Shown here one piece after another: positions 46,761 to 57,311 of a DNA stretch of 64,000 bases. Source of the stretch: an uncultured delta proteobacterium. GTDB taxonomy: Bacteria; Desulfobacterota; Desulfobacteria; Desulfobacterales; QNYZ01. The stretch lies in assembly GCA_963845145.1 (NCBI GenBank), contig CAWJQU010000004.1:448001-512000 (forward strand), read 5' to 3'. Every line of letters begins with the position of its first letter. The first letter of the stretch is position 1. The notes beneath the pieces were generated by a model that saw only the letters and a program-made list of their open reading frames with translations, was not told the origin of the DNA and made no database searches. Made by a program: the position numbers and the translations under genes.

Positions 46761-48802
46761 ATGAAATCTCAATATCTGTAAAGAAAAATGGAATCGCCAT
46801 TGCTGCATTGGATGATCCCGACCGTTCGATGAACACGCTGACACCCAGTTTATTGGAGTGTTTCAAGAAGAAACTAAAGCCACTTTTTGACGATGATGCG
46901 ATTAAGGCGATTATTTTGATTTCGGCCAAACCGAAAGTGTTTATCGCTGGGGCTGATATCAAATTGTTTTCAACGATTGAAGATCCGAACGTCATCCGTG
47001 AGATTGATGCCGAATACTCTGAATTTTTTACGTTCATGGCATCGCATCGAAAACCGGTCATCGCAGCGGTGAATGGCGCGGCTCTCGGCGGCGGACTCGA
47101 GACAGTGTTGGCGTGTGACTATATTTTAGCAACCGATCATCCGTCTACTACCTTCGGCCTCCCGGAAGTAAAACTCGGTATCTTGCCTGCGGCAGGCGGA
47201 ACCTACCGGCTTCCCCAACGGGTAGGAATTCTTAAAGGCCTGGATATGATGCTCACCGGTAAGTTCATCACTTCCCAAAAAGCGAAAAAGTTGGGGCTCG
47301 TGGATGAAATTGTTTCCCATTCGCTGCTAAGTAGTCGGGCGATGGAAATTGCACAGTGTCTAATTATAAATCCCAGTAATAGACAACCGAAACGGCGTAA
47401 ACCGCTTTGGGAATACCTGGTAGCCACTTGGCCCTTCAGTTGGGTTTTCTTTAATCTGGTACGGCGAAAAGTATTGAATCGCACCAAAGGAAATTATCCA
47501 GGGCCGGAAAAAATCATAGAATGTGTCAAACAGGGGATCACTCGGGGACAAGCGGCGGCCCTTAAACTGGAGATCGAATATATTTCGCAGCTTTTCCAAA
47601 CCCCTGAGTGTCAATCGCTTGTGTGGCTTTTTATCTCAATGAAAGAGATGGCTCCTGTTCCTGAAAATAATATCAATATTAAAAATATCGACCTCTGGGG
47701 CATATCCTCTAAGCGAGACGAATGGGCTTCATTGCTAAGGAAGCACTACCACATATGCGAATACGATCCGCCTCTGAATGGATCAGGTGAACCCACAAAT
47801 CATATCCTCCCTTCCGGCGACTGTAAGGAAAAACCGAAAGCTGATATTATTATTGATGTTAGCCCCTCCCATTTTGAAAAAAGAGGGTTTTATATTAATC
47901 CGCTGGAAGAAAGAATAGACAACGAAACCCCTATACTTTTCTCTTCCCTGTCAACTACAATTAAATTTTTAGGGGAAAAAGCGTCACACGCGGACAGGGT
48001 TTTGGGCTTGAATATTTTTCAGCCCATACGTAACAACCCTATTTTTGAGATGGTCATTCCTGATAAATCTTCAGAAAAGGCACTATCTGTTGTCCGGTCT
48101 TTTATCGCCCAAACCAAAAAACCGGTTATTGAGGTGAAGGATCAACCAGGATTTTATATTCCCCGACTTCTGTACTCATATTTTTATGAGGCGTTGATTT
48201 TATCTGAGATATGTCCTTTCCATAAAATAGACGCCGCTTTGGAAAGCTTCGGTTTTGCCATGGGTCCCTTTGCATTGATGGACCATATGGGATTGGATAC
48301 CATAGCGCAAATGTTTCTGGATCTTAGTTCTATATTTGAGCATCAATGGAGAAAAAAAAAGGACTTTCCTTTAAAAATAGTGGACGAGGGATATCTGGGC
48401 AGTCAATCCAATGCAGGGTTTTATAAATATAAACAGGGCAAAAGGTTAGGGCCAAATGAAACGCTGGCGACTCACCTGAATAAGAAATCGGAAAATTTGT
48501 ATGATCATACGGAAAAAATAAGCGAAAGTCTCGTATTTGCCATCGTAAATGAGGCTCTCTTGTGTTATGAGAAAAAAATTATCTCCTCACCTAAAGACGG
48601 GGATCTAGGGGCTGTTTTCGGATTGGCATTTCCGCCCTTTATGGCGGGACCTTTTCATTATTTTGACCGAATGGGAAAAACCCCAATGATACGAAGAATA
48701 GAAAAAGGAATCCAAGAGAAACGAATTCATTTTAAGCTTGCCCACACTTTTTCAGATTATCATCAGGATAAAACCTTTTTTAGTTTCAAAGCAGGCAGTT
48801 AA
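46757..48802 (+). CDS. FadJ/FadB-like protein: intact crotonase domain plus degenerate 3-hydroxyacyl-CoA dehydrogenase domain
   Basis: FIAGADI, GGGLE, GLPEVKLG; PGFY..R and GFAMGPF are kept but GxGxxG is absent. Confidence 0.8.
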   Translation: MNEISISVKKNGIAIAALDDPDRSMNTLTPSLLECFKKKLKPLFDDDAIKAIILISAKPKVFIAGADIKLFSTIEDPNVIREIDAEYSEFFTFMASHRKPVIAAVNGAALGGGLETVLACDYILATDHPSTTFGLPEVKLGILPAAGGTYRLPQRVGILKGLDMMLTGKFITSQKAKKLGLVDEIVSHSLLSSRAMEIAQCLIINPSNRQPKRRKPLWEYLVATWPFSWVFFNLVRRKVLNRTKGNYPGPEKIIECVKQGITRGQAAALKLEIEYISQLFQTPECQSLVWLFISMKEMAPVPENNINIKNIDLWGISSKRDEWASLLRKHYHICEYDPPLNGSGEPTNHILPSGDCKEKPKADIIIDVSPSHFEKRGFYINPLEERIDNETPILFSSLSTTIKFLGEKASHADRVLGLNIFQPIRNNPIFEMVIPDKSSEKALSVVRSFIAQTKKPVIEVKDQPGFYIPRLLYSYFYEALILSEICPFHKIDAALESFGFAMGPFALMDHMGLDTIAQMFLDLSSIFEHQWRKKKDFPLKIVDEGYLGSQSNAGFYKYKQGKRLGPNETLATHLNKKSENLYDHTEKISESLVFAIVNEALLCYEKKIISSPKDGDLGAVFGLAFPPFMAGPFHYFDRMGKTPMIRRIEKGIQEKRIHFKLAHTFSDYHQDKTFFSFKAGS

Positions 48803-48825
48803 TTTTATGGGAGTAAATATTTAAA

Positions 48826-49950
48826 ATGGATGTATATCAAAAGCTTGCAAAACATTTGGATGAGCTGCCCGGTGGCTTTCCGGAAACCGATATTGGCGTA
48901 GAACTCAGGATTTTAAAACGCCTTTTTACACCAGATGAGGCGGAATTGGCTCTACTGACCACCCTTATCCCGGAAGCGGCAAAGGTCATTGCCAGACGTG
49001 CTAAAATTGATGTTGAAGTCGCCAAAAAAAGACTGGCCCAAATGGCCCAAAAGGGACTCTTATTTAGTATTGAGTTACCAAATAAGCCGAAATTATATAT
49101 GGCTACCCAATATGTGGTCGGAATTTGGGAGTACCAGGTGAACAGTTTGGATAAAGAACTTATCCGTGACATGAATGAATATATCCCCTACTTTTTAGAC
49201 ACGGATGTCTGGAAAAAATCCCCCCAATTGAGAACCATTCCAGTGGGACGAAGTATTGATAGTGAACTGGAAGTGATGTCATATGAGACCGCGGAAACGC
49301 TCGTTAAAGAACAAAGTAAAATTTTGGTAGCACCCTGCATCTGTAGAAAAGAACATAAGATGATGGGAAAAGGTTGTGAAAAACCTGAGGAATCCTGTCT
49401 GGTATTTGGAATGGGCGCTTACTACTATGAGCGAAGGGGTTTGGGGAGAGAGATCGAGATTGAAGAGTGCCTGGAAATTCTTAAAAGGGCGGATAAATCC
49501 GGTTTGATCCTTCAGCCAAACAATGCCAGGCGCCTAACCAATATCTGTTGTTGTTGCGGTTGTTGTTGTCAGGTTCTTATTAGTATTAAAAAATTTGAAA
49601 AACCGGCTGAAATTGTATCTTCACCCTTTTATATCGAGTTGGATGAAGCCTCCTGCAAACAGTGCGGGGTGTGTGAAGAGAGATGTCAGATGGAAGCCAT
49701 TACCGGTAAGAAAGGCGAACCGGTCGCATTAAACCTGGATCGATGTATTGGCTGCGGTCTCTGCGTTTCCACTTGTCCTACAAAATCATTGAAGTTGGCT
49801 CGAAAAAGTCCGGAAGCCCAAACGCCCATACCACCCGACGCCATGCAAAGCCATATCCAACTAGCCAAAACAAGAGGTAAGCTTAGCCGTGGTAAGCTTG
49901 TCAAAATGACGTTAAAATCCAAGATGGATCGTCTGCTTGCCAAAGGATAG
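48826..49950 (+). CDS. 4Fe-4S ferredoxin-domain protein
   Basis: CICR, ICCCCGCCC, CKQCGVCEERC, CIGCGLCVSTCP. Confidence 0.85.
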   Translation: MDVYQKLAKHLDELPGGFPETDIGVELRILKRLFTPDEAELALLTTLIPEAAKVIARRAKIDVEVAKKRLAQMAQKGLLFSIELPNKPKLYMATQYVVGIWEYQVNSLDKELIRDMNEYIPYFLDTDVWKKSPQLRTIPVGRSIDSELEVMSYETAETLVKEQSKILVAPCICRKEHKMMGKGCEKPEESCLVFGMGAYYYERRGLGREIEIEECLEILKRADKSGLILQPNNARRLTNICCCCGCCCQVLISIKKFEKPAEIVSSPFYIELDEASCKQCGVCEERCQMEAITGKKGEPVALNLDRCIGCGLCVSTCPTKSLKLARKSPEAQTPIPPDAMQSHIQLAKTRGKLSRGKLVKMTLKSKMDRLLAKG

Positions 49951-50023
49951 TGAAAGGATAGTCCTGCTGGACCGTCTTTGAAAAAACGAACGCCATCTGT
50001 GACCCAATTATCACTTTAGATTG

Positions 50024-50674
50024 CTATCCAATTTGGCCGACTGAAAAAGCGAATAGGAATTGGCCCACATAATAGAGCGGCAAGCCGACAGCGCGATTAA
50101 AAAAAGCCTGCTTAATGAATCGCTGACGGGCTACAAAAAGATCGGAAAGATAAAAAAGAATCGCACCACCGCCCACAAGCCACCGGCCAATACCTGCGAA
50201 CCGGCCATCACCGACTACGGAACCCGCGGCGACAACCATCGCAGTAATGACGGCTATATAGGCAATCACCGGTATGCGCATCGATTCCAGATAGGGTTTT
50301 AGCCAGGTATATACAATGATACTGAGTAGGCCTGAAATTGCAATCGCGACGATGGTCCAGACATTAAATGCGGCCATATAAATAAAGATCGAGAAATAGA
50401 CCAAATGGCCTATCAAAAATACAACCAGTCCGGCCAGAAAGGCTTTTCGGGAATCAAACACCAGGCAGATATCGCCTGCCAGGCAAAACGCTAAAGCGGT
50501 GATGATTGCCCAGGAGTAGGTCAGGTTCAAATGGGGTGTGGTTAAGGCCACCAGTACAAAAATGGTGGATAACAATGTCTTGGCCAGCAGGGAGATATCG
50601 AATAATTCCCGTTTGGTGGCAACGAGTAGTGTTGTCAGCAATAACACCGACATAAACATCAATCCAAAACGCAT
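50024..50674 (-). CDS. YhhN/lysoplasmalogenase family membrane protein
   Basis: AGDICL, FLIGHLVY, LFYLSD, YYVGQ. Confidence 0.88.
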   Translation of the reverse strand: MRFGLMFMSVLLLTTLLVATKRELFDISLLAKTLLSTIFVLVALTTPHLNLTYSWAIITALAFCLAGDICLVFDSRKAFLAGLVVFLIGHLVYFSIFIYMAAFNVWTIVAIAISGLLSIIVYTWLKPYLESMRIPVIAYIAVITAMVVAAGSVVGDGRFAGIGRWLVGGGAILFYLSDLFVARQRFIKQAFFNRAVGLPLYYVGQFLFAFSVGQIG

Positions 50675-50725
50675 GATTTCTCCTGAAACGGTTTTTCGGT
50701 TTTATTTTTTTGGTATGCCGACCTC

Positions 50726-50883
50726 AGGGCTCGCGCAAAAATAATTTCACATTTTAAGCGCCGATGCATCCCGGCTGGCGACGTTGCGAAAGCTCGGAAT
50801 ATCTCGATATTCCATCACTTTCACGCCTTGCCAGGCGGGCGCCTCAACACCTAAATCTGTTAACTTATTTTTACACGAACCCT
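50726..50883. mobile_element. ~158-bp MITE-like element overlapping the recD stop codon
   Basis: IR AGGGCTCGCGCAAAAATAA / TTATTTTTACACGAACCCT (16/19); central GGAATATC-GATATTCC hairpin; no exact TSD. Confidence 0.65.
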
Positions 50884-52852
50884 AAGACCGGTTTTCCTTA
50901 TCGTTTATCGGCATTTCCCAAATCAGGCCCGATTGCCGAATGATCTTTCTTGAGGCAGCAGCTCTAAGAACCGCCTGCGATCCATAAATAATCACCTTTT
51001 TTCGGGCTCGGGTAATACCGGTATAGATTATTTCGCTGGAGAGCAAGCGCTGTTCGGGATCATCGGGGAGAACAAGCAGCACATCATCAAACTCGGAACC
51101 TTGACTTTTATGAACAGTGACGGCAAACGCCGGTTCCCATGGGGGTAGTTGACCCACAGCATAGTCCTGGAATTCATCGCCATGCTGGAAATAGGCTCGA
51201 AAACCGGCATCCCGATGCCCAATAACGATGCCCATGTCTCCATTTAACAGATCTTTTGCATAATCGTTGTGGGTCACCATAATAATATGGCCACTAAAAA
51301 GGCCTGTTGTCGGGTCAACGTCCTCACAAAGGTGGGTTGCAAAATAGTCTGCGATGACGTCATTGATTTGATTGCATCCAAATGGACCGCGTCTCAACAA
51401 GGTGAGGATTTTTGCCCGCCCGGCATCTTTAAACAGCTGTTTTAATAGCAAGCGCCCATCTCTATGTTCAATGAGATGGTGTCCTTGTAGTGATTCGGCC
51501 TGTCGGATTCGATGAATATAACCGTCTGGAGATGTGGCAAAGTAGTACTGTGCCCATAGCTGCAGGCAGGCCTGCCATTTTGGTGGAGAGACCGGCGTGA
51601 TCACACACCATCGATCCGTTTTATCATCCAAACCCGTTTTGAATGAAACGGCCTCATAGTCAGGTACCTCACCTTTATTAATGGTCAAAGCCAGTTGACG
51701 GATTTCACGGCCTGATCGATAAACCTGTTGCAAAACGACGAGGTGCTCTTCAAAAATGGCCGCACGCTCACCTCGTGGAATCATTTCGGCGAAGACAGCT
51801 CCGGCCTCAACCGAAGGAAGCTGATCCTTATCGCCCATGAGGACCAAACGGGTTTGCTTGGGGTTGATGGCATCCAGACACTTGGCCAACATCACCACAT
51901 CAACCATGGATACCTCGTCAATAATGACGGCATCCACTGGTAAAGGGTTTTTGGCGTGATAATAAAAGTCATGTTTCCGGCGGCTGTAACGAAGCCACTT
52001 GTGGATGGTGCTACCCCTTAGATTGGCCAGGGCCTGATCTTCCTCGGAAGGAGATCGTATGGTGGCGAGTAGTTTAACCACCGCTTCCGTCATCCGCTGG
52101 GCTGCACGACCTGTGGGTGCTGCCAGGGCGATTCGTTCCGGATTTATCCCAATGCGTATCAGGCCTCGCAGGATATTGACCATTACCGAGGTTTTCCCGG
52201 TACCTGGTCCCCCAGATACAATGGTAAAGGTTTTGGCGAGGGCCCGTTCAATAGCCGCTATTTGGTCGGTATCCGCTATTAGAGGATCTCCATCTTTGAC
52301 CACTCGTAAACAATGTTCTTGGGAATAGATCTCTCTTACTATTTGCTTGATGGTTTGAGGCGTGATCGATTGGGTGCAATCAATGGTTAAAAAGGCGTCT
52401 ATTTGCCGACGAAGGCGTTTTTCATTAAGGTAGTACTTTTGAAAGTAGAGTCGGTCGATTCTGGAAACGGTTTCAAGTATCAGTGGTAAGGATTTAGATC
52501 CTTGTTGGGCAATCAGGTGGGTATATTGGTTGTCATTTTTCTGCGCTTGCCATTGGTCGATTAACATTTTGATTTGAGGCAAATTGGAGCAACCCACCAG
52601 ACGGCCGATATGGGTGTCTGTTAGTTCAAGGCATAAACTTCCTTCACGGGTGGCCGCCAGCAGCAACGCCAAAATGGCCACCAGCGGTTCGTCATTTTTA
52701 ATATCTCCCAATTCCAAGAGATCGCGAATGGTCATCCAGTCAAGTGGCGCCAGGTCCAGTGATTCGATTACGGCTGGAATGGGGCGGTTCGGATAAAATA
52801 TCTCTTTGGGAGAAAAATTAACCGACGTGTTGCTGGCGTGTTTCCAGGTCAT
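50882..52852 (-). CDS. recD: Exodeoxyribonuclease V alpha subunit
   Basis: SGGPGTGKT, APTGRAA, IDEVSM, GDKDQLPSV, TVHKSQGSEF, YTGITRA. Confidence 0.95.
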   Translation of the reverse strand: MTWKHASNTSVNFSPKEIFYPNRPIPAVIESLDLAPLDWMTIRDLLELGDIKNDEPLVAILALLLAATREGSLCLELTDTHIGRLVGCSNLPQIKMLIDQWQAQKNDNQYTHLIAQQGSKSLPLILETVSRIDRLYFQKYYLNEKRLRRQIDAFLTIDCTQSITPQTIKQIVREIYSQEHCLRVVKDGDPLIADTDQIAAIERALAKTFTIVSGGPGTGKTSVMVNILRGLIRIGINPERIALAAPTGRAAQRMTEAVVKLLATIRSPSEEDQALANLRGSTIHKWLRYSRRKHDFYYHAKNPLPVDAVIIDEVSMVDVVMLAKCLDAINPKQTRLVLMGDKDQLPSVEAGAVFAEMIPRGERAAIFEEHLVVLQQVYRSGREIRQLALTINKGEVPDYEAVSFKTGLDDKTDRWCVITPVSPPKWQACLQLWAQYYFATSPDGYIHRIRQAESLQGHHLIEHRDGRLLLKQLFKDAGRAKILTLLRRGPFGCNQINDVIADYFATHLCEDVDPTTGLFSGHIIMVTHNDYAKDLLNGDMGIVIGHRDAGFRAYFQHGDEFQDYAVGQLPPWEPAFAVTVHKSQGSEFDDVLLVLPDDPEQRLLSSEIIYTGITRARKKVIIYGSQAVLRAAASRKIIRQSGLIWEMPINDKENRS

Positions 52853-55800
52853 CGGGGCACCTTAATTATTGGCCCTACATCAAAATCGGATATGGACGCT
52901 TCAAGATCCTTGAGTGAGCCGACTTCGGCAGGTGGAATATAATAAATCCCTTCACCCGTTTTGGCACCCATGCCGCGTAAATAAAAGTAAAAAGCCCCTC
53001 CGAATTGATCATCGGCATTAAATCGTTTTCCCAGTGTTCGCTTTAGCCATCGCAACACAGCGACGGTGTAAAGACGATACTGAAGGTGGTAGTCGGCTGT
53101 ATCCATGCTGGCTGACATCGATGCTAAGTCATACCCGGTGTCTAACCGGTTAGATTTCCAATCGGCAATATAATATTTGTTTTCATGTCTGAATACCAGG
53201 TCGATAACCCCTCGGATGTACCGATTCGAGGAAGGTCCCGTCGAATAGTAGAAGTCGACTTCGTGGAGGCGGTCGGTGATGATCAGGCTTCCCAAACAAA
53301 ATTGTTTATTGATTTGGGGAATGGGGCTGGTCAAGGTATGAATAATAACCTGCGCTACTTCGTTTCGGTAGGCTAAATCAATGTTGTATGATGCCATCTG
53401 ACGGTCAACGAGAGCTGCGGTCGGGCTGTTTCCAAATAAAGCATCCGGCGTCTTGGTGATGGTTTCAAAGTCGATATTTTCCAGGATTGTGTGGAACATG
53501 GAGCCCACATCGGGGCCACCGGGAATATCGTTCGCTGGGCGCTTCGAAGAGATGGATCTAAGCACCGGCGCGCGTGTATCTTCATCATCCTCACGGAGCA
53601 CGGCCGGCCCTAAGTTGTATGCCGTATGGAACGTGGTATGAATGGATGCCGGGGTTGTTGCCGCCATCTGTTTGGCATGGATACTGGAGAAAGATTCAAC
53701 GGCAACGGTTCGGTGGAGGTAGGACTCTTCATTGGGTAGTACGTTTTCCGAGGGCACACTCGGTGAAACATCTCGTAAAATTTTCTCATTTGATGACGTT
53801 GAATCGGCTTCACGCACATCACTACTTTCATAAGCGTTTAGCCAGGTGGCATGTGTTTGATTTTGCGGGTCCGAGGCAAAGGTCGCTTGAATAGCTTGGG
53901 CCACAAATAGACAAAGCGGCCCGAAATAGGGCTTGTTCGTCACGGCCGGAAAGTAAGGAAGGTACAGTTTGCATTGGGCCCGGGTCAGGGCGACATAATA
54001 GAGCCGTTTATCTTCTTCGACGATTTCCTGCTGGTGTTTTTGCGGATGGACCCGGCAGGTGAGGTCAATAATCTTTGTTGTATGATGTGAGTGGTCATTG
54101 TCGATCTGGTGAAAATGGTGGTAGTTGTTCACTAAGCCCCGGGTCAACCCTCCTCCGATAAATACGATGGGAAATTGCAGCCCTTTGGCACGATGCATGG
54201 TCAGAATTTGAACTTTTCTCTTTTCGGTTTCGATCTCATGAATATCCCCCTTTTCACCCGCAATGAGTGTTTTCCTGCGGAGTCCCTCAAGATGAGCAGA
54301 TAACCTGGATAGATCAAGGTTATTGCGATAGGCGACGTCATTTATGTAGGCAATAATTTGATTGTAGTTGGCTTCCATGCGATCCCATCCGGCATTTTGT
54401 GAATGTCTAAAAATCAGACCGGAATCCGTCAGGATCGATTGAAATAACGCTCCCCACCGGCGTTCATTGGCCAGATCATGCCAATGAAGTATTAACCGTC
54501 GAATGGGGTGGGAGATCGGCAGATTGTCGAACACACCCAGATCTCCGGTTTGCCACTCAAAAAACGGGGTCAATAACGCTTTTTTGATATTGATGCCATT
54601 GGACGGGGTTTCGATTGCACGCAGCACAAGGCTTAAATACCAGGCTTCATCCGAGTCGAACAAACCGGGTTTGCGGTAGTATGAGTAGGGGATGCCTTTG
54701 GCTGCCAGGGCGTTTTCCAATATATGGACGTTGGTTCGGCTGCGGACAAGAATCGCAATATCGCCCGCATCCAGGGGTCGGGTGGTACCATCTTTGGACT
54801 GCAAGATTACCCGGCTTTTCCGGAGCAGATAAGCGATTTCTGAGGCGATAAACCGGGCAAGGGCGTCATTGGCCACAGCCGGTTTATCCGGTCCTCGAAG
54901 ATCCACGATATTTAGCGCGGTGCGGCCGGAATTATCTTGAGCCAACCCCGCCGGCAACCGCTGTGGGTCCGGGCTGGCCACGGGTGTGTAACTGATTTCG
55001 TGCCATTTCATCTCTCTTGACGGGCCAAACCAGGCCTCATTAGCAAAGAGCCGGTTGTACTGGGAGACAAGTGATGGGGCGGAACGATAATTCGTATCGA
55101 GGGTATAGCATCCGGCCAGATCATCTTCGGCAAGCTGGTGAAGCTTGGAACGGGCAGACAGGTAGGTAAAAACATCCGCACCACGAAATGAGTAGATCGC
55201 CTGTTTGGGGTCTCCGATGAGAAATAGGCGGCAAGCACCGTTTTCAAGAAAAATACGTTCAAAGATTCGCCATTGAATTGGATCCGTATCTTGGAATTCA
55301 TCCACAAAAGCGAAGCGGTAGCGCTCACGAAGCCTCTCAAGGAGGCGCTCCGCCTGGGGAGCCTTCAGCGCAGCGAGAACCCTGGTTAACATGTCATCAT
55401 ACGCAATGGTTCCCGAAACCCGTTTCCGTCGATCCACCTCCTTTTTTAAGCGAAGAATGGTTTCAGCCTGGAGAATATGCTTCAGATCATGGAATACGTG
55501 CAATATGTGTGACAATGAATCGATCAGGTCATCGAGAGACGGACATACCTTTTGAGCGTTGTCTTTGTCGCCATTGTATTTTAACGGCTTGAGTATCTGG
55601 GGGCCGTCGGTTTTAAATCTTTGATGGTCATTCATGGTCGTGCATAGATCGGCAAATCCTCCAAGATCGGGAGAAACGGCGGCACCGTCATTGAGCCAGC
55701 GCTCAAGGGGGGTGAGGATGCGGGTAATGATCGCTTTTTTGCTACCGGCATGAAAGTTTAACTGCCGGTAGCCATCGATAAATCGGGTTCCAGGCCCGAA

Positions 55801-56466
55801 GCCTAATTTCAAGGCTATTTTGGCATTTTCAAAGGCTTGTATAAGCGAATGGGTATCGATGTCGGCGGGATCCGGGTAGAGCCGATCTCCGCCTTCCGGG
55901 CGGTATCCCCCGGCGGCGATGCCGATGATCGTGTTTTCAAATGTTGTCGGGTTATCGGAGAACCCCGATATGGACAGTAGCGGCGGCAGCTGGTGCCCGT
56001 AAAGTTCCGGCCAGACCGAACGCATCTGCGCCTTGAGGGCCTTTTCATAAAGGGGGCGATCATCGATCAGCTCGGTTTGAAAAAGGGTATCGTTTTCAAA
56101 AGAGAAGTCTTTTAACAAAGTATGGCAAAAGCCGTGAATGGTTTGTATCGATGCGGTATCAAACCCATCTAACGCCCGTTCCAGGGCTTGGGTGGTGGGG
56201 TTTTCCGGTGGTGGACACGACTTGGTTTTTAGGGTGCTTTCGATTTTTTCGCGAAGACGAACTTTTAGTTCCGAAGCGGCTTTTTCGGTATAGGTCACCA
56301 GCAGGATATTTTCTAAAGATAGGTTGGGGACCTCCTTTAGCAGCCGAATAACGAGATTTTCGATGGTGTAGGTCTTACCGGTACCTGCCGACGCTTCGAT
56401 CAGGCCGTGGCGGTCCAGATCAATTTTATCAATATCGAGGGTCGCAGTGGGGGAAGGAATGGACAT
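52849..56466 (-). CDS. recB: Exodeoxyribonuclease V beta subunit
   Basis: IEASAGTGKT, VDEFQDTD, IGDPKQAIY.FRGAD, YVALTRA; nuclease motif GVIDL..ADWKS. Confidence 0.95.
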   Translation of the reverse strand: MSIPSPTATLDIDKIDLDRHGLIEASAGTGKTYTIENLVIRLLKEVPNLSLENILLVTYTEKAASELKVRLREKIESTLKTKSCPPPENPTTQALERALDGFDTASIQTIHGFCHTLLKDFSFENDTLFQTELIDDRPLYEKALKAQMRSVWPELYGHQLPPLLSISGFSDNPTTFENTIIGIAAGGYRPEGGDRLYPDPADIDTHSLIQAFENAKIALKLGFGPGTRFIDGYRQLNFHAGSKKAIITRILTPLERWLNDGAAVSPDLGGFADLCTTMNDHQRFKTDGPQILKPLKYNGDKDNAQKVCPSLDDLIDSLSHILHVFHDLKHILQAETILRLKKEVDRRKRVSGTIAYDDMLTRVLAALKAPQAERLLERLRERYRFAFVDEFQDTDPIQWRIFERIFLENGACRLFLIGDPKQAIYSFRGADVFTYLSARSKLHQLAEDDLAGCYTLDTNYRSAPSLVSQYNRLFANEAWFGPSREMKWHEISYTPVASPDPQRLPAGLAQDNSGRTALNIVDLRGPDKPAVANDALARFIASEIAYLLRKSRVILQSKDGTTRPLDAGDIAILVRSRTNVHILENALAAKGIPYSYYRKPGLFDSDEAWYLSLVLRAIETPSNGINIKKALLTPFFEWQTGDLGVFDNLPISHPIRRLILHWHDLANERRWGALFQSILTDSGLIFRHSQNAGWDRMEANYNQIIAYINDVAYRNNLDLSRLSAHLEGLRRKTLIAGEKGDIHEIETEKRKVQILTMHRAKGLQFPIVFIGGGLTRGLVNNYHHFHQIDNDHSHHTTKIIDLTCRVHPQKHQQEIVEEDKRLYYVALTRAQCKLYLPYFPAVTNKPYFGPLCLFVAQAIQATFASDPQNQTHATWLNAYESSDVREADSTSSNEKILRDVSPSVPSENVLPNEESYLHRTVAVESFSSIHAKQMAATTPASIHTTFHTAYNLGPAVLREDDEDTRAPVLRSISSKRPANDIPGGPDVGSMFHTILENIDFETITKTPDALFGNSPTAALVDRQMASYNIDLAYRNEVAQVIIHTLTSPIPQINKQFCLGSLIITDRLHEVDFYYSTGPSSNRYIRGVIDLVFRHENKYYIADWKSNRLDTGYDLASMSASMDTADYHLQYRLYTVAVLRWLKRTLGKRFNADDQFGGAFYFYLRGMGAKTGEGIYYIPPAEVGSLKDLEASISDFDVGPIIKVPR

Positions 56467-56625
56467 TTTTTGTCCGGCGTTACAAGCTTAAGGTGACGCT
56501 CGTGTACTTGAATTCTATTAAATCGGGGCTGCTGAAATCCAGGTGCGAAGACATTTGGTTCGGCAGCCCCTTTTGGATGTAAAGATGGTTTTCGGGTGGC
56601 GTGGGGTTAAAATGGTTCGGGATGG

Positions 56626-57075
56626 TTACCCTCCCAGTTTTTCACCCATACTTTTACCATATTGCTGGCAGGCACGGAGCCCGTCGTCGCTATTTACCAC
56701 CGCTTCTTTTAAAGAGAGCGCACCCAGGTCAAGCATGTCCATTTTAAAAACATGTTCCATGGTATCGGCGATCATGGGGCCGGATTCGCCACTGTGGGTA
56801 TGTGATGCAAAAGCGCCCGCCGGTTTACCGGCTAGTTCAGCCTTTTCAGCTAAAAAAAGGAATGTTTTCATCCCAGCGGTCATGTCTTTATGATAGGTGG
56901 GGCAACCAAAAATATAGCCGTCATATCCGGCAAGGTCTTTAGCGCTACTAATTTCTTTTGTTTTTTTAACTTCCGGAGTGGCGCCGGAAAAGCGGATTCC
57001 CTCGGCAATGTATTCGGCCATTTTGGCGGTGTTTCCGGAACGACTGACGTACGCAACCAGCACTTTTTTCATCAT
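56626..57075 (-). CDS. Flavodoxin
   Basis: YVSRSGNTAKMA, GCPTY, GAFAS. Confidence 0.88.
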   Translation of the reverse strand: MMKKVLVAYVSRSGNTAKMAEYIAEGIRFSGATPEVKKTKEISSAKDLAGYDGYIFGCPTYHKDMTAGMKTFLFLAEKAELAGKPAGAFASHTHSGESGPMIADTMEHVFKMDMLDLGALSLKEAVVNSDDGLRACQQYGKSMGEKLGG

Positions 57076-57311
57076 CCTGCTCCTTTTTGAATGTTTAAGT
57101 GGTTTATATGATTGAATCTTTTTCGATCAATCTGGTTGAACCATTCTGGGCGGTTTTGTCGGCCAGCTTATAAACCAATAGTTTGGTTACACGTTGGTTA
57201 CCGTGCGGTTGTTTATATTAATTTTGATACGATGTCAAATTCAGGCACATCACATTTGAGGTGCGGCATTGATTTATTGTGACAACTTGTCGGTGTGTAT
57301 CAAGGGGGGCA

